64,000 nt of DNA, from contig JANODE010000171.1 of the NCBI GenBank assembly GCA_031412525.1, positions 15,499 to 79,498 of the forward strand, given 5' to 3'. The position numbers and the translations under genes are program-made. The stretch comes from Akkermansiaceae bacterium (GTDB lineage Bacteria; Verrucomicrobiota; Verrucomicrobiia; Verrucomicrobiales; Akkermansiaceae). The notes under the pieces were generated by a model. That model saw only the letters and a list, made by a program, of their open reading frames with translations. It did not search any database and was not told the origin of the DNA. Positions 8,857 to 17,434 of the stretch are shown in pieces; position 1 is the first letter of the stretch; each line of letters starts with the position of its first letter.

Positions 8857-10410
8857 TCAGCGGCTGGCGTCGAGCAGCTCCTTGAAACGTCCGAGGGTCT
8901 CCTGATAGGTCGCTGCGAGGGCGGTGTTCGGCTGGATTGATGAACCTGCCGAAGCCTGGCAGAAGACCTCTTGGAGTGCAGGAAGATCGTGCCCATCCGC
9001 GGCGGCAGCGATAAGGGCGGCACCAAGTGCGGCGGAATTCAAAACATCCAGGCGCTCAACGGGTGACTGGAAGACATCCGCGACGAGTTGGGCGATGCCG
9101 TCGTTTTTCGACGCACCGCCGGTGAGCCGGATGCGCTCGGTTTTTACCTCCATCCATTCGGAGTGAAGACGCATGTTGAGGAACTGGCCTTCAAGCAGGG
9201 CGCGGACCTGAAGGGCGGGCTCAGCACCGGATTCAAATGCGGGTGAGCCTTTGAGGACCGGGCCGTTGAAGTCATGGCGGGGCGTGATTTCCGGCCCGAA
9301 AAACGGCAGCATCAGGTTTTTCCCTGCTGAATCGAGGGTGGAGGCGAGGGCATCACGATCGAAGGCGGACCAATCGAGTCCAAGCCGGTCGCGCAGTGCT
9401 TCGCGGGCCAGCGAGCCATTTCGGAAACAGATCAGCGACATGAAGCCTCCCGCCGGGTTGCCGAAGACATGGCCGAAGCCATTGGGATCTGTTTTCGGAC
9501 CCGGCATGGCGGCGAAAAACGTATCGCTGGTCCCAAGTGAAATCACCACGTTGCCGGGGGTGGTTGCTCCCATGCCAACGAGCGATGCGGGATTGTCACC
9601 GGTGAACAGTGCGGTCCGGCAGTCGGCTGATAGACCGAATTTTCCGACAAAATACGGGGAAACCGTTCCTTGCACGGTGGTTGCCAGGGCGGGAGGCAGG
9701 AGCCGCGTGGCAAGCTCCGGCGCAGTCGCAGCCAGCAGCTCGGTGTCCCAGTTCTGAGAGGCAAGATTGAGGAGATTCATCCCCGCGCCATCGCCGAAAT
9801 CGATGGGAACGGATTTCCCAGCGATCACCGAGGCGATAAACGAACTGACCAAATGAATGCGGGCGGTGCGATCGTAGGCGGCGGGATTCGTTTTGAAAAA
9901 CCGACGGATCTGCGGGCCGCTGAAGCGCTCGATGGCGTTGGAGCCGCTGATCCGGCAGACTTCTGCGGCACCGCCCAGCGCAGCGGTGATTTCCGCGCAC
10001 TCGGCACCGGTAGAGGTGTCCATCCAGATCGGTGCCGTGGCACGTGTGAGAGCGGGAGACAGTTGGGCGACAAGGGTGCTTGCGGGGTCAAGGTGGGCGA
10101 CGCGCTCGTCGAAAGTGGCATCGAGATACACGGAGCCGTGCTGCTGGCCGGAGCCGGCGATCATTTTCACTTTCGACAAGTCGCATTTTTCGGAAATCCG
10201 GGCGAAGAGGAGATCAAGCGCCTCCAGCCACATCCGGGGATCCGCGTGAACTTCGCCATCCTTGCCGCCCGGGATGAATCCGCTGGATGCTCCGTATTTC
10301 GGCAGATCAGCAGCGAAATTGACGGAGAGCTGGCAGGCAATCTCACCCGATACCGGATCGACGAGAACGGCGGTGAGGGATTGAGTGGACGAATCGAGAC
10401 CGAGGAACAT
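8857..10410 (-). CDS. xylB: Xylulokinase (FGGY carbohydrate kinase)
   Basis: MFLGLDSSTQS, GSGQQHGSV, PIWMD.ST, ERFSGPQI, ISLGTSDT and TGGAS.N. Start trimmed to the ATG at 10410. Confidence 0.9.
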   Translation of the reverse strand: MFLGLDSSTQSLTAVLVDPVSGEIACQLSVNFAADLPKYGASSGFIPGGKDGEVHADPRMWLEALDLLFARISEKCDLSKVKMIAGSGQQHGSVYLDATFDERVAHLDPASTLVAQLSPALTRATAPIWMDTSTGAECAEITAALGGAAEVCRISGSNAIERFSGPQIRRFFKTNPAAYDRTARIHLVSSFIASVIAGKSVPIDFGDGAGMNLLNLASQNWDTELLAATAPELATRLLPPALATTVQGTVSPYFVGKFGLSADCRTALFTGDNPASLVGMGATTPGNVVISLGTSDTFFAAMPGPKTDPNGFGHVFGNPAGGFMSLICFRNGSLAREALRDRLGLDWSAFDRDALASTLDSAGKNLMLPFFGPEITPRHDFNGPVLKGSPAFESGAEPALQVRALLEGQFLNMRLHSEWMEVKTERIRLTGGASKNDGIAQLVADVFQSPVERLDVLNSAALGAALIAAAADGHDLPALQEVFCQASAGSSIQPNTALAATYQETLGRFKELLDASR

Positions 10411-10473
10411 GGGCGGAGCTTTCGCAAGGATGGCGGGATTTCCAAGCGGGAAATGGCGGGGTGGTACCGGCGC

Positions 10474-10506
10474 AAAAAAAAGAGCGGCCACTTTCGTGAC
10501 CGCTCT
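10474..10506 (-). terminator. Intrinsic terminator downstream of the TorF-like porin gene
   Basis: Minus strand reads AGAGCGGTCAC-GAAA-GTGGCCGCTCT followed by a T run. Confidence 0.85.
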
Positions 10507-10545
10507 CTCATTGGGTAATCGGATCCAATGGACCCGATGGTTAGC

Positions 10546-11262
10546 TTAGAAGCTCACGCTCAGCATGCTGCCGGCGGTGAACTCGTTCTCCGAGCCATTG
10601 TAAGCGGTGTCATTGCTGTCGCTGAGGGCGATGGAAACCGCAACGAATGGGGACAGTTTCGCGTGTTCGGCGAAGCCCCAGTCGAGTGCGACCTTCGTCG
10701 TCCAAGCGGTGAAGTCACCGGCTTCGATGAGGTAGCCCACGTTGGTGGAAGCGTTGAGCGCAAGACAAGGGCTGAGCTCGAAGCTGCGGCTGAGCGCAAG
10801 TTCGGTGTAGCCATCGTTGTTGATGCCATCGACGCTCCAGAAGTAGGTCAACGAAGCAGTTGCGAAACCGAAGTCACGCGATGCGGTGAAGTAAACTTCC
10901 TGCGCATCTTCGCCGAGGTTGCCAAGGTTCCAGTAGTAGATGTAGCCAACGCCGCCGGTCATGAAACCGAAGTCATAATTGGCCTCCGCATACCAGTCGA
11001 TTTCGTTGTCGACTTGGTTTGTGGTGGCTGCTGACGCGTCGAAAGCTGCGGCCCAGACGCCGGCGCTGAGGCCGATGTTGTTCCACTTGCCGGCCACGTC
11101 CACACCCACTTCGACGAGGTCATCGCCAAGGTTGGTTCCGCGGAAGATATACTCGGTGGAATATCCGGTGTGGATTTCGTATTCGACTTCCGCCTGAGCG
11201 TTGCCGGCCACAAGGGCGGAGGCAGCGGCCAAGGCGCCAATTGTTTTGCAGTAGTTGTGCAT
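10546..11262 (-). CDS. Putative outer-membrane beta-barrel, TorF/Gcw_chp family
   Basis: Signal peptide ending ..AQA, then Y.T.YIFRG, 'EIDWY..Y', an alternating aromatic beta-strand pattern and a C-terminal Phe. Divergent from amtB, a common context for this family. Confidence 0.8.
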   Translation of the reverse strand: MHNYCKTIGALAAASALVAGNAQAEVEYEIHTGYSTEYIFRGTNLGDDLVEVGVDVAGKWNNIGLSAGVWAAAFDASAATTNQVDNEIDWYAEANYDFGFMTGGVGYIYYWNLGNLGEDAQEVYFTASRDFGFATASLTYFWSVDGINNDGYTELALSRSFELSPCLALNASTNVGYLIEAGDFTAWTTKVALDWGFAEHAKLSPFVAVSIALSDSNDTAYNGSENEFTAGSMLSVSF

Positions 11263-11558
11263 CTTTGTTTGTTGGTTTTCGGTTGCTGCTTGCGTCCTTG
11301 ACTGAGCCGTTTGGCGGATCAGAAAGGAGCGAGTCGGATCAGGCATCCCACAAGTTAGACAAGTGCTGAACCCCTTCCGGTAGGTGAATATTTCACATTT
11401 CCGAAGTAATTGTCCAGACCTTTTTTAGCTTGGGTTTGCTCTCCGCAGGACGCTGGGATAGGTGTGCGACTCATTGATGGCAAGCGAGAATCTAATATTT
11501 CAGGAATTACCGGCGGAAATTTTTCCCCACTGGGTATGAACGGGTTGGTGATGGATCT

Positions 11559-11574
11559 TGGCACGGCGTTTGCT
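11559..11574 (+). promoter_or_regulatory. Sigma-54 (-24/-12) promoter upstream of amtB
   Basis: TGGCAC-GGCGT-TTGCT matches TGGCAC-N5-TTGCW exactly and ends 75 nt before the amtB ATG. Confidence 0.85.
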
Positions 11575-11649
11575 TAAAGCGCATCGCTTTCTCGGAGATT
11601 TGGAATCGTCGGGACAAAGCGCTCAATCATCAGATCAACCCTGACCACC

Positions 11650-13185
11650 ATGACCAGCCGATATCTCACCAAAGTGCGAGCCCTCACAGCCGCTGCCGTC
11701 GCGTTCATCGCACTTCCCATGTCGATTATCCCTGCCTCAGCGCAGAATGCGGCGTCTCCACCTCCCACCGAGGCTCCGGCGGAACCCGCCGCCGCACCCG
11801 ATGCGACCACGGAGCAGCGGTTGGCGGATTTGGAAAGCTACTTCAACAATGTCGGGGTGGGCGGAACTGCGGATGCGCCCTGGACTTCCAAGGTGGCCTC
11901 ACTCCCTGGACCGGGTCACAACGCGTGGCTGATGACCTCTGCCGCGTTGGTTCTTTTTATGACTCTTCCCGGCCTTGCTCTTTTCTATGGTGGCCTCGTC
12001 CGTAAGAAAAACGTGCTCAGCGTCATGGCTCAGTGTCTCGGTTGTGCTGGTGTCGTTGCCATTCTGTGGTGGGCAGTGGGTTACAGCTTGGTTTTCGGCA
12101 AAAGCTTCGGTTCCCCCTACCTGGGCGGAACTGAGTTTTTCTTCCTCAAGGGTGTCACGGGAGCTCCGAACACTGACTACTGTTACTGGGTTTCCCAAAA
12201 CGTCTTCTGCATGTATCAGTTGATGTTCGCCATTATCACCCCGGCCTTGATCGTGGGTGCAATCGCCGAGCGGATGAAATTCAGCGCCATCATGGCATTC
12301 ATCGTCATCTGGATGTTTGTCATCTATTTCCCAATGGCCCACATGATCTGGGGCGTGACCGGTCTGATGAACGGTGTTTGGAACGGCGACGCGAAGATCG
12401 CGGCCATCGATTTCGCCGGTGGGACGGTGGTCCACATGACTTCCGGATGGAGTGCCCTCGTTCTCTGCATGATTCTTGGCAAGCGCCTCGGCTTCGGCAA
12501 AGACAAGATGTCCCCACACAGCATGGTGCTTTGTATGGTGGGCACCGGCATGCTCTGGGTCGGCTGGTATGGATTCAACGCCGGCTCCGCGCTCGCTGCT
12601 GACGGAATCGCCGGCAACGCATTCCTCACCACCACTCTCGCAGCAGCCACTGCGGCCACTGTCTGGGGATTCATGGAAAAGATCCTCAAAGGGCAACCAT
12701 CCATCCTTGGCATCTGCTCCGGTGTGGTCGCTGGTCTTGTGGTCATCACCCCTGCTGCCGGATTCGTGAACGCCACTGGAGCGATCATCATCGGCGTCCT
12801 AGCCGCGATCATCCCTTACATCTTCGTAATGTATATCAAGGGTGCTCTGGGTTATGACGATGCCCTCGACACCTTCGGCATTCATGCCGTCGGTGGAACT
12901 CTGGGTGCAATCCTCACCGGCGTCCTCGCCACCAGCGAAGTCAACGGCAACCTCACCGAAGTCAACACCTACGCAGCAACCAACGGCCTCGCAAAACTGG
13001 TCGCGAACGGCGGGTTGATTGGCCAGCAACTCATGGCGATCGGCGTCACTCTGGTCATCTCGATCGTGGGCACCTTGGTCATTGCCCTCCTGATCAAGGC
13101 CGTCCTCGGTCTCCGCCCAACTGCCGAAGTCGAAACCCTTGGACTCGACATCACCGAGCACGGAGAAGAAGGCTACGAACACTGA
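11650..13185 (+). CDS. amtB: Ammonium transporter AmtB with cleavable N-terminal extension
   Basis: AWLMTSAALVLFMTLPGLALFYGG, FAIITPAL, DFAGGTVVH, WVGWYGFNAGS, DDALDTFGIHAVGG and GLDITEHGEEGY. Confidence 0.97.
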   Translation: MTSRYLTKVRALTAAAVAFIALPMSIIPASAQNAASPPPTEAPAEPAAAPDATTEQRLADLESYFNNVGVGGTADAPWTSKVASLPGPGHNAWLMTSAALVLFMTLPGLALFYGGLVRKKNVLSVMAQCLGCAGVVAILWWAVGYSLVFGKSFGSPYLGGTEFFFLKGVTGAPNTDYCYWVSQNVFCMYQLMFAIITPALIVGAIAERMKFSAIMAFIVIWMFVIYFPMAHMIWGVTGLMNGVWNGDAKIAAIDFAGGTVVHMTSGWSALVLCMILGKRLGFGKDKMSPHSMVLCMVGTGMLWVGWYGFNAGSALAADGIAGNAFLTTTLAAATAATVWGFMEKILKGQPSILGICSGVVAGLVVITPAAGFVNATGAIIIGVLAAIIPYIFVMYIKGALGYDDALDTFGIHAVGGTLGAILTGVLATSEVNGNLTEVNTYAATNGLAKLVANGGLIGQQLMAIGVTLVISIVGTLVIALLIKAVLGLRPTAEVETLGLDITEHGEEGYEH

Positions 13186-13210
13186 TTTTAAAAATCATCC
13201 GATAGGACAG

Positions 13211-13240
13211 CGGGCGGACCGGAAACGGTCCGCCCGTTTT
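13211..13240 (+). terminator. Intrinsic terminator after amtB
   Basis: CGGGCGGACCG-GAAA-CGGTCCGCCCG-TTTT: an 11-bp perfect stem with a GAAA loop. Confidence 0.9.
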
Positions 13241-13272
13241 CGTTTGCAGCAATCGCCGAAGCAGGTTCCTCT

Positions 13273-13716
13273 GTGCGCGTGAAATTTCAGAAATTGAGGA
13301 TATTCCTCTGGTCTGCTCTGATCCTCTCGCTCGCCTTCGCCTCGTGGAGTTGGTTTCGGCCTTATGAATGGAGTCCCGACCCCGCGGCCCGCTGCAAGGT
13401 GGAAGGTGTCCAGCTCACTCAGGACCGCACCTACTTCTGGGTGGAAGTCCATTTGGTTGTGATGCCGGGCATGACCCATGATTTGCAGAAACCCGTGTTT
13501 CTCGAGGCCTCCACCGGAAAAAAACTCGACCCCGCCGAAACCACCTTCAGCGGCGCGGAGGGTGCCGGCACCACCGATGTCTGGTTCAAGTTCTGGATGG
13601 AAAACAAAGACCTCGCAGGCCCCCTCACGCTGCATCTGAATGAGGGGAAACTCAGCATCAAGGCGAATGACGGCATTCCATTAAAAACCCAATACCACGT
13701 CTCGAATCGCTGGTGA
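13273..13716 (+). CDS. Hypothetical exported/membrane-anchored protein
   Basis: 147-aa ORF with an N-terminal hydrophobic helix. It ends 3 nt before coaX, so it is probably in the same operon. Confidence 0.75.
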   Translation: MRVKFQKLRIFLWSALILSLAFASWSWFRPYEWSPDPAARCKVEGVQLTQDRTYFWVEVHLVVMPGMTHDLQKPVFLEASTGKKLDPAETTFSGAEGAGTTDVWFKFWMENKDLAGPLTLHLNEGKLSIKANDGIPLKTQYHVSNRW

Positions 13717-13719
13717 CTC

Positions 13720-14499
13720 ATGGCCTGGCTCCTCATCGACAATTCGAACACCCGCACGAAATTCGCTCTCGGTGACGCGACACTCCTGCACGACTGGCGG
13801 GGCATCATCCCTACCCACGATATATCGCCGGAGTCCCTCGACAACCTGTTGCGCGGCCTTGCATACGACGCCGTGATGATCTGCTCGGTCGTCCCGTCGA
13901 TGGCGGAAATTCTCGGCAACTGGTTCAGCGGCCGCTGTCCCATTCATTTCCTGAACCACGAAAGTCCGCTGGGCTTGGGCATTGACTACCCGAACCCCGC
14001 CCAAATTGGCGCAGATCGTCTTGCCAACGCGGCCGGGGTACTCACCCGCCACCGCGTGCCTGCCATCATCATTGATTTCGGCACGGCCGTCACTTTTGAT
14101 GTGATCTCCGCCCAGCCCGCCTACTGCGGCGGGGTCATCGCTCCGGGGCTCGGTGCGATGTCCGGATACCTCACTCGAAAAACGGCGCTGCTGCCAGAGA
14201 TCGAGCTGATCGAGCCACCTTCCGCCATCGGCAAATCCACCGTGCACGCCATGCAGGTGGGAGCCGTGATCGGATACCGCGGGCTGGTGAAGGAGATCCT
14301 CGCACGCATTTGTGACGAGCTTCCGGGAGAACCTGCCATCATCGCCACCGGGGGTGATGCCACACTCATTTCCCGTGGAGTTCCTGAAATCCAGGCCGTG
14401 GATGCAGACATCACCCTCGACGGACTCAGGCAGGTGGCCGCTCGGGTGTTTTTTGGAAGCCTTGAGGAAAAAACGTGCCATCCGGGACCGATCAAATAG
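13720..14499 (+). CDS. coaX: Type III pantothenate kinase
   Basis: LLIDNSNTRTK, IGADRLAN, IIIDFGTAVTFD, GGVIAPG, IATGGDA and TLDGL. Confidence 0.95.
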   Translation: MAWLLIDNSNTRTKFALGDATLLHDWRGIIPTHDISPESLDNLLRGLAYDAVMICSVVPSMAEILGNWFSGRCPIHFLNHESPLGLGIDYPNPAQIGADRLANAAGVLTRHRVPAIIIDFGTAVTFDVISAQPAYCGGVIAPGLGAMSGYLTRKTALLPEIELIEPPSAIGKSTVHAMQVGAVIGYRGLVKEILARICDELPGEPAIIATGGDATLISRGVPEIQAVDADITLDGLRQVAARVFFGSLEEKTCHPGPIK

Positions 14500-14510
14500 T
14501 TTTCGGACCA

Positions 14511-15455
14511 ATGAGCGACAGTCCCCTTGGCATAGGCATCGATTTTGGCGGAACAACCGTAAAAATCGCAGTCGTCTATCAAAGCCACATCATTGACCAG
14601 GCGCCACCCGTCACGACACAGGATTTTGACAGCCCGAACGATTTGATCGATGGCATGGTACGCACCGTCGAAGACCTGCGCGCGAGACATGGCGGCATCG
14701 CTTCGGTCGGCGTCGGGATGCCGGGTTTTGTGAATTTTGAAAAAGGCCTCGTTTACGGCCTCACCAATGTTCCCGGCTGGGAAGCCATTCCTCTCCGGAA
14801 GATTCTTGAAGCAAAAATCGACCTGCCCATTGCCATCGACAACGACGCAAACTGCATGGCCTTTGCCGAGTGGCGCTGCGGAGCCGGGCGTGGATTTCAA
14901 AACGTCGTCTTCATGTCGCTCGGCACCGGCGTCGGCGGAGCCATCATCGCCAACGGCCAGATGATCCGGGGCATGCGCCATGGTGCCGGCGAGATCGGCC
15001 AGACTTCCATCGATTACCAGGGCCGTGTCGGTCATTACGGAAACCGCGGTGCCCTTGAGGATTATGTCGGCAACAGCGAAATCACGGCCCGCGCCCGTGA
15101 GGCCTATACTGCGGCAGGCATTCAGAAGGCACTCGATGACTGCACTCCCGCTGCCCTTGCCGCAGCCGCACACCATGGCGATGTGATAGCATTCGAGCAG
15201 TGGAACCTGATCGGACAAATGCTTGCCACTGCTGCCATGAACTGCTGTTGGCTGCTCAACCCGGAAGCCATCGTTATTGGTGGCGGAGTTGCCCGCGCCG
15301 GCGAGTTGCTGTTCCATCCGTTCAAGGAACAATTGTTTTCGCAACTCTCCGGGCCATTCAAGGACGGCCTGATGATTCTCCCAGCTGCATTTGGTCACGA
15401 ATCCGGGATCATCGGCGCAGCGGCGTTGGCCCGCGAACATGCAGTGAAGGTTTGA
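14511..15455 (+). CDS. ROK-family sugar kinase (glucokinase-like)
   Basis: GIDFGGT, VGVGMPG, IDNDAN, SLGTGVGG, GAGEIG and VIGGGV. Start moved to the ATG at 14511. Confidence 0.92.
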   Translation: MSDSPLGIGIDFGGTTVKIAVVYQSHIIDQAPPVTTQDFDSPNDLIDGMVRTVEDLRARHGGIASVGVGMPGFVNFEKGLVYGLTNVPGWEAIPLRKILEAKIDLPIAIDNDANCMAFAEWRCGAGRGFQNVVFMSLGTGVGGAIIANGQMIRGMRHGAGEIGQTSIDYQGRVGHYGNRGALEDYVGNSEITARAREAYTAAGIQKALDDCTPAALAAAAHHGDVIAFEQWNLIGQMLATAAMNCCWLLNPEAIVIGGGVARAGELLFHPFKEQLFSQLSGPFKDGLMILPAAFGHESGIIGAAALAREHAVKV

Positions 15456-15488
15456 TTTTTCCTCCATCGCCGTTACCTCAACCGAATC

Positions 15489-16229
15489 ATGAAACCATTA
15501 TCCAATTTTGATCGTCGTCATTTTGTGAAAATCGGCACCCTCGCCGCCACTGCTGCCCTTCTACCCACCGCCGCCCGGGCTGCGGAAGGGGGTGCACTCA
15601 CTCTTCCGCCCCTGCCTTATGCGCCGGGCGCGCTTGAGCCCCACATCGATGCAAAGACGATGGAAATGCATCACGGAAAACATCACGCCGCTTACATCAA
15701 GAATTTCAACACCGCACTCGAGTCCAAGCCAGACCTCGCCAAGCAGCCACTCGACCGCCTCCTCGCGGATCTTCCCGCCATCCCCGACGAGGCCTTGCGC
15801 AACACCCTTCGGAACAATGGCGGCGGCCACTGGAACCACGATTTTTTCTGGAAAACCCTCAGCCCCGCTGACAAGTCCGGCAAGCCATCCGAAATGTTAG
15901 CCGCCGCCATCAAGTCCACCTTTACCTCCGAAGAGGCCTTTAAAAAAGCGTTCGGTGAAGCCGCCACCAAACGTTTTGGATCCGGCTGGGCCTGGCTCAT
16001 CGTCAAGGACGGCAAACTCAAGGTCACCAGCACGCCCAATCAGGACAATCCCGCCATGAAAGGCATCGTCCCCGACGCCGAACTCGGCACCCCCATCCTC
16101 GGCCTCGACGTCTGGGAGCACGCCTATTATCTCAACTATCAGAACCGCCGCCCAGACTACATCACCGCCTGGTGGAACGTTGTCAACTGGACTGAGGTTT
16201 CCGAACGCTTTGCCGTCGCGATGGTCTGA
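15489..16229 (+). CDS. sodA: Mn/Fe superoxide dismutase with twin-arginine signal peptide
   Basis: LPPLPY...LEPHID..TM..HH.KHH..Y, NNGGGHWNH, RFGSGWAWL, NQDNP and DVWEHAYY. The N-terminus reads DRRHFVK...AARA. Confidence 0.95.
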   Translation: MKPLSNFDRRHFVKIGTLAATAALLPTAARAAEGGALTLPPLPYAPGALEPHIDAKTMEMHHGKHHAAYIKNFNTALESKPDLAKQPLDRLLADLPAIPDEALRNTLRNNGGGHWNHDFFWKTLSPADKSGKPSEMLAAAIKSTFTSEEAFKKAFGEAATKRFGSGWAWLIVKDGKLKVTSTPNQDNPAMKGIVPDAELGTPILGLDVWEHAYYLNYQNRRPDYITAWWNVVNWTEVSERFAVAMV

Positions 16230-16253
16230 TACAGACATTCCTGTCTGTTCTTC
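16227..16253 (+). repeat. REP-like hairpin repeat (copy 1)
   Basis: TGATACAGACA-TTCC-TGTCTGTTCTTC; a near-identical inverted copy lies at 53637-53663. Confidence 0.75.
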
Positions 16254-16406
16254 CACGTCGCTGTGGCGTCTCGCCGCAGCGTCTTATCCGCATAAAACCC
16301 TGTCCAAGCGCGTCTCTTCCATCGACCGCAAGTGGTGGGGCGTGCTCGACAGCTCCGACAGGTTTGTCCACCGCCTCGACGAATATCGTGGCAAGTTGAT
16401 TGACCG

Positions 16407-16437
16407 TTGACGGCTCGTAATCCCATGGGTATATACC
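16407..16437 (+). promoter_or_regulatory. Probable vapBC promoter with overlapping palindromic operator
   Basis: TTGACG-17nt-TATATA overlaps the perfect palindrome GGTATATACC (16428-16437), just before the antitoxin ATG. Confidence 0.55.
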
Positions 16438-16441
16438 ATAT

Positions 16442-16675
16442 ATGACGACGACGCTTTTTAACAATGGTCGCTCCCAAGCCGTGAGAATCCCCAAAGAACT
16501 TAGATTCGATGGAAAGGAGGTTTCCATCCGTCGTCTGGGCGATGGCGTGTTGCTCATCCCGGTCAAGGCCTCTACCTGGCCCGAAGGGTTTTTCGACAGC
16601 ATCCGCGTTGATGACGGCAATTTCACCCGTCCCGACCAAGGCGAACTCCCACCCATCGTGAAATACGCTGAATGA
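16442..16675 (+). CDS. vapB: VapB antitoxin (AbrB/SpoVT-type, VagC-like)
   Basis: [20 protein letters not shown]; ATGA overlap with the downstream PIN gene. Confidence 0.92.
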   Translation: MTTTLFNNGRSQAVRIPKELRFDGKEVSIRRLGDGVLLIPVKASTWPEGFFDSIRVDDGNFTRPDQGELPPIVKYAE

Positions 16676-17079
16676 CTTACCTCCTCGACACCAACGTCTG
16701 CATCGCCGCCATGCGCGGAAATGCCAAGGTGATTGGGAAGCTTACCGCCTGCGCTCCCGAGGACTGCGCCATTTCGATGGTGAGTGTCTTCGAGCTTTTT
16801 GCGGGTGTCCTCCGTTGTCGTGCTCCGGAAAGCGAGGGGCGGAAAGTCACCAACTTTCTAGAGCCGTTCCACCTGTTGCCCTTTGATTGGGATTCTGCCA
16901 TGAAAACTGCCGAAATCCGTTTTCAACTTGAGAAAACCGGCAATAAAATCGGCCCCTACGATCTGCAACTCAGCGGCCAGGCCCTCTCGCTCGATCTAAC
17001 TCTCGTCACCCACAACACCCGCGAATTCAAACGCGTGACCAGCTTGCGGATCGAAGACTGGGAAAGCGAAGGAGCGTGA
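16672..17079 (+). CDS. vapC: VapC PIN toxin
   Basis: [28 protein letters not shown] and [16 protein letters not shown]. Confidence 0.95.
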   Translation: MTYLLDTNVCIAAMRGNAKVIGKLTACAPEDCAISMVSVFELFAGVLRCRAPESEGRKVTNFLEPFHLLPFDWDSAMKTAEIRFQLEKTGNKIGPYDLQLSGQALSLDLTLVTHNTREFKRVTSLRIEDWESEGA

Positions 17080-17434
17080 ATCATCGGACTGTCATTGACC
17101 TCTCCTTCATGAAAAAGAAACCACGGCTCAATTGCTTCTTCGGCATCACGCCGGGAGTGTGGATGAACCTGCACTTTGCCTTGATTACGAGTTCACACGT
17201 GCCGACCGGGAACAGGGCGAAGCCATCCGTAAGGAAGTGCAACCCTTCGCGGCGTTCGAAGGCGGGAAATGTTAAACTGCGAAACCTGACCCCATTCATG
17301 ATGCCCATATCCGAAATCTATTGCCGATTGTTTGTTGTTTGGTGCCAACCCTGCCGATATGGCCCTATCTACGTGATTGATACGCTCGCGAGATGGCAGG
17401 AAGACGCCGAAGTGATGTATACCAATTCAAGATC

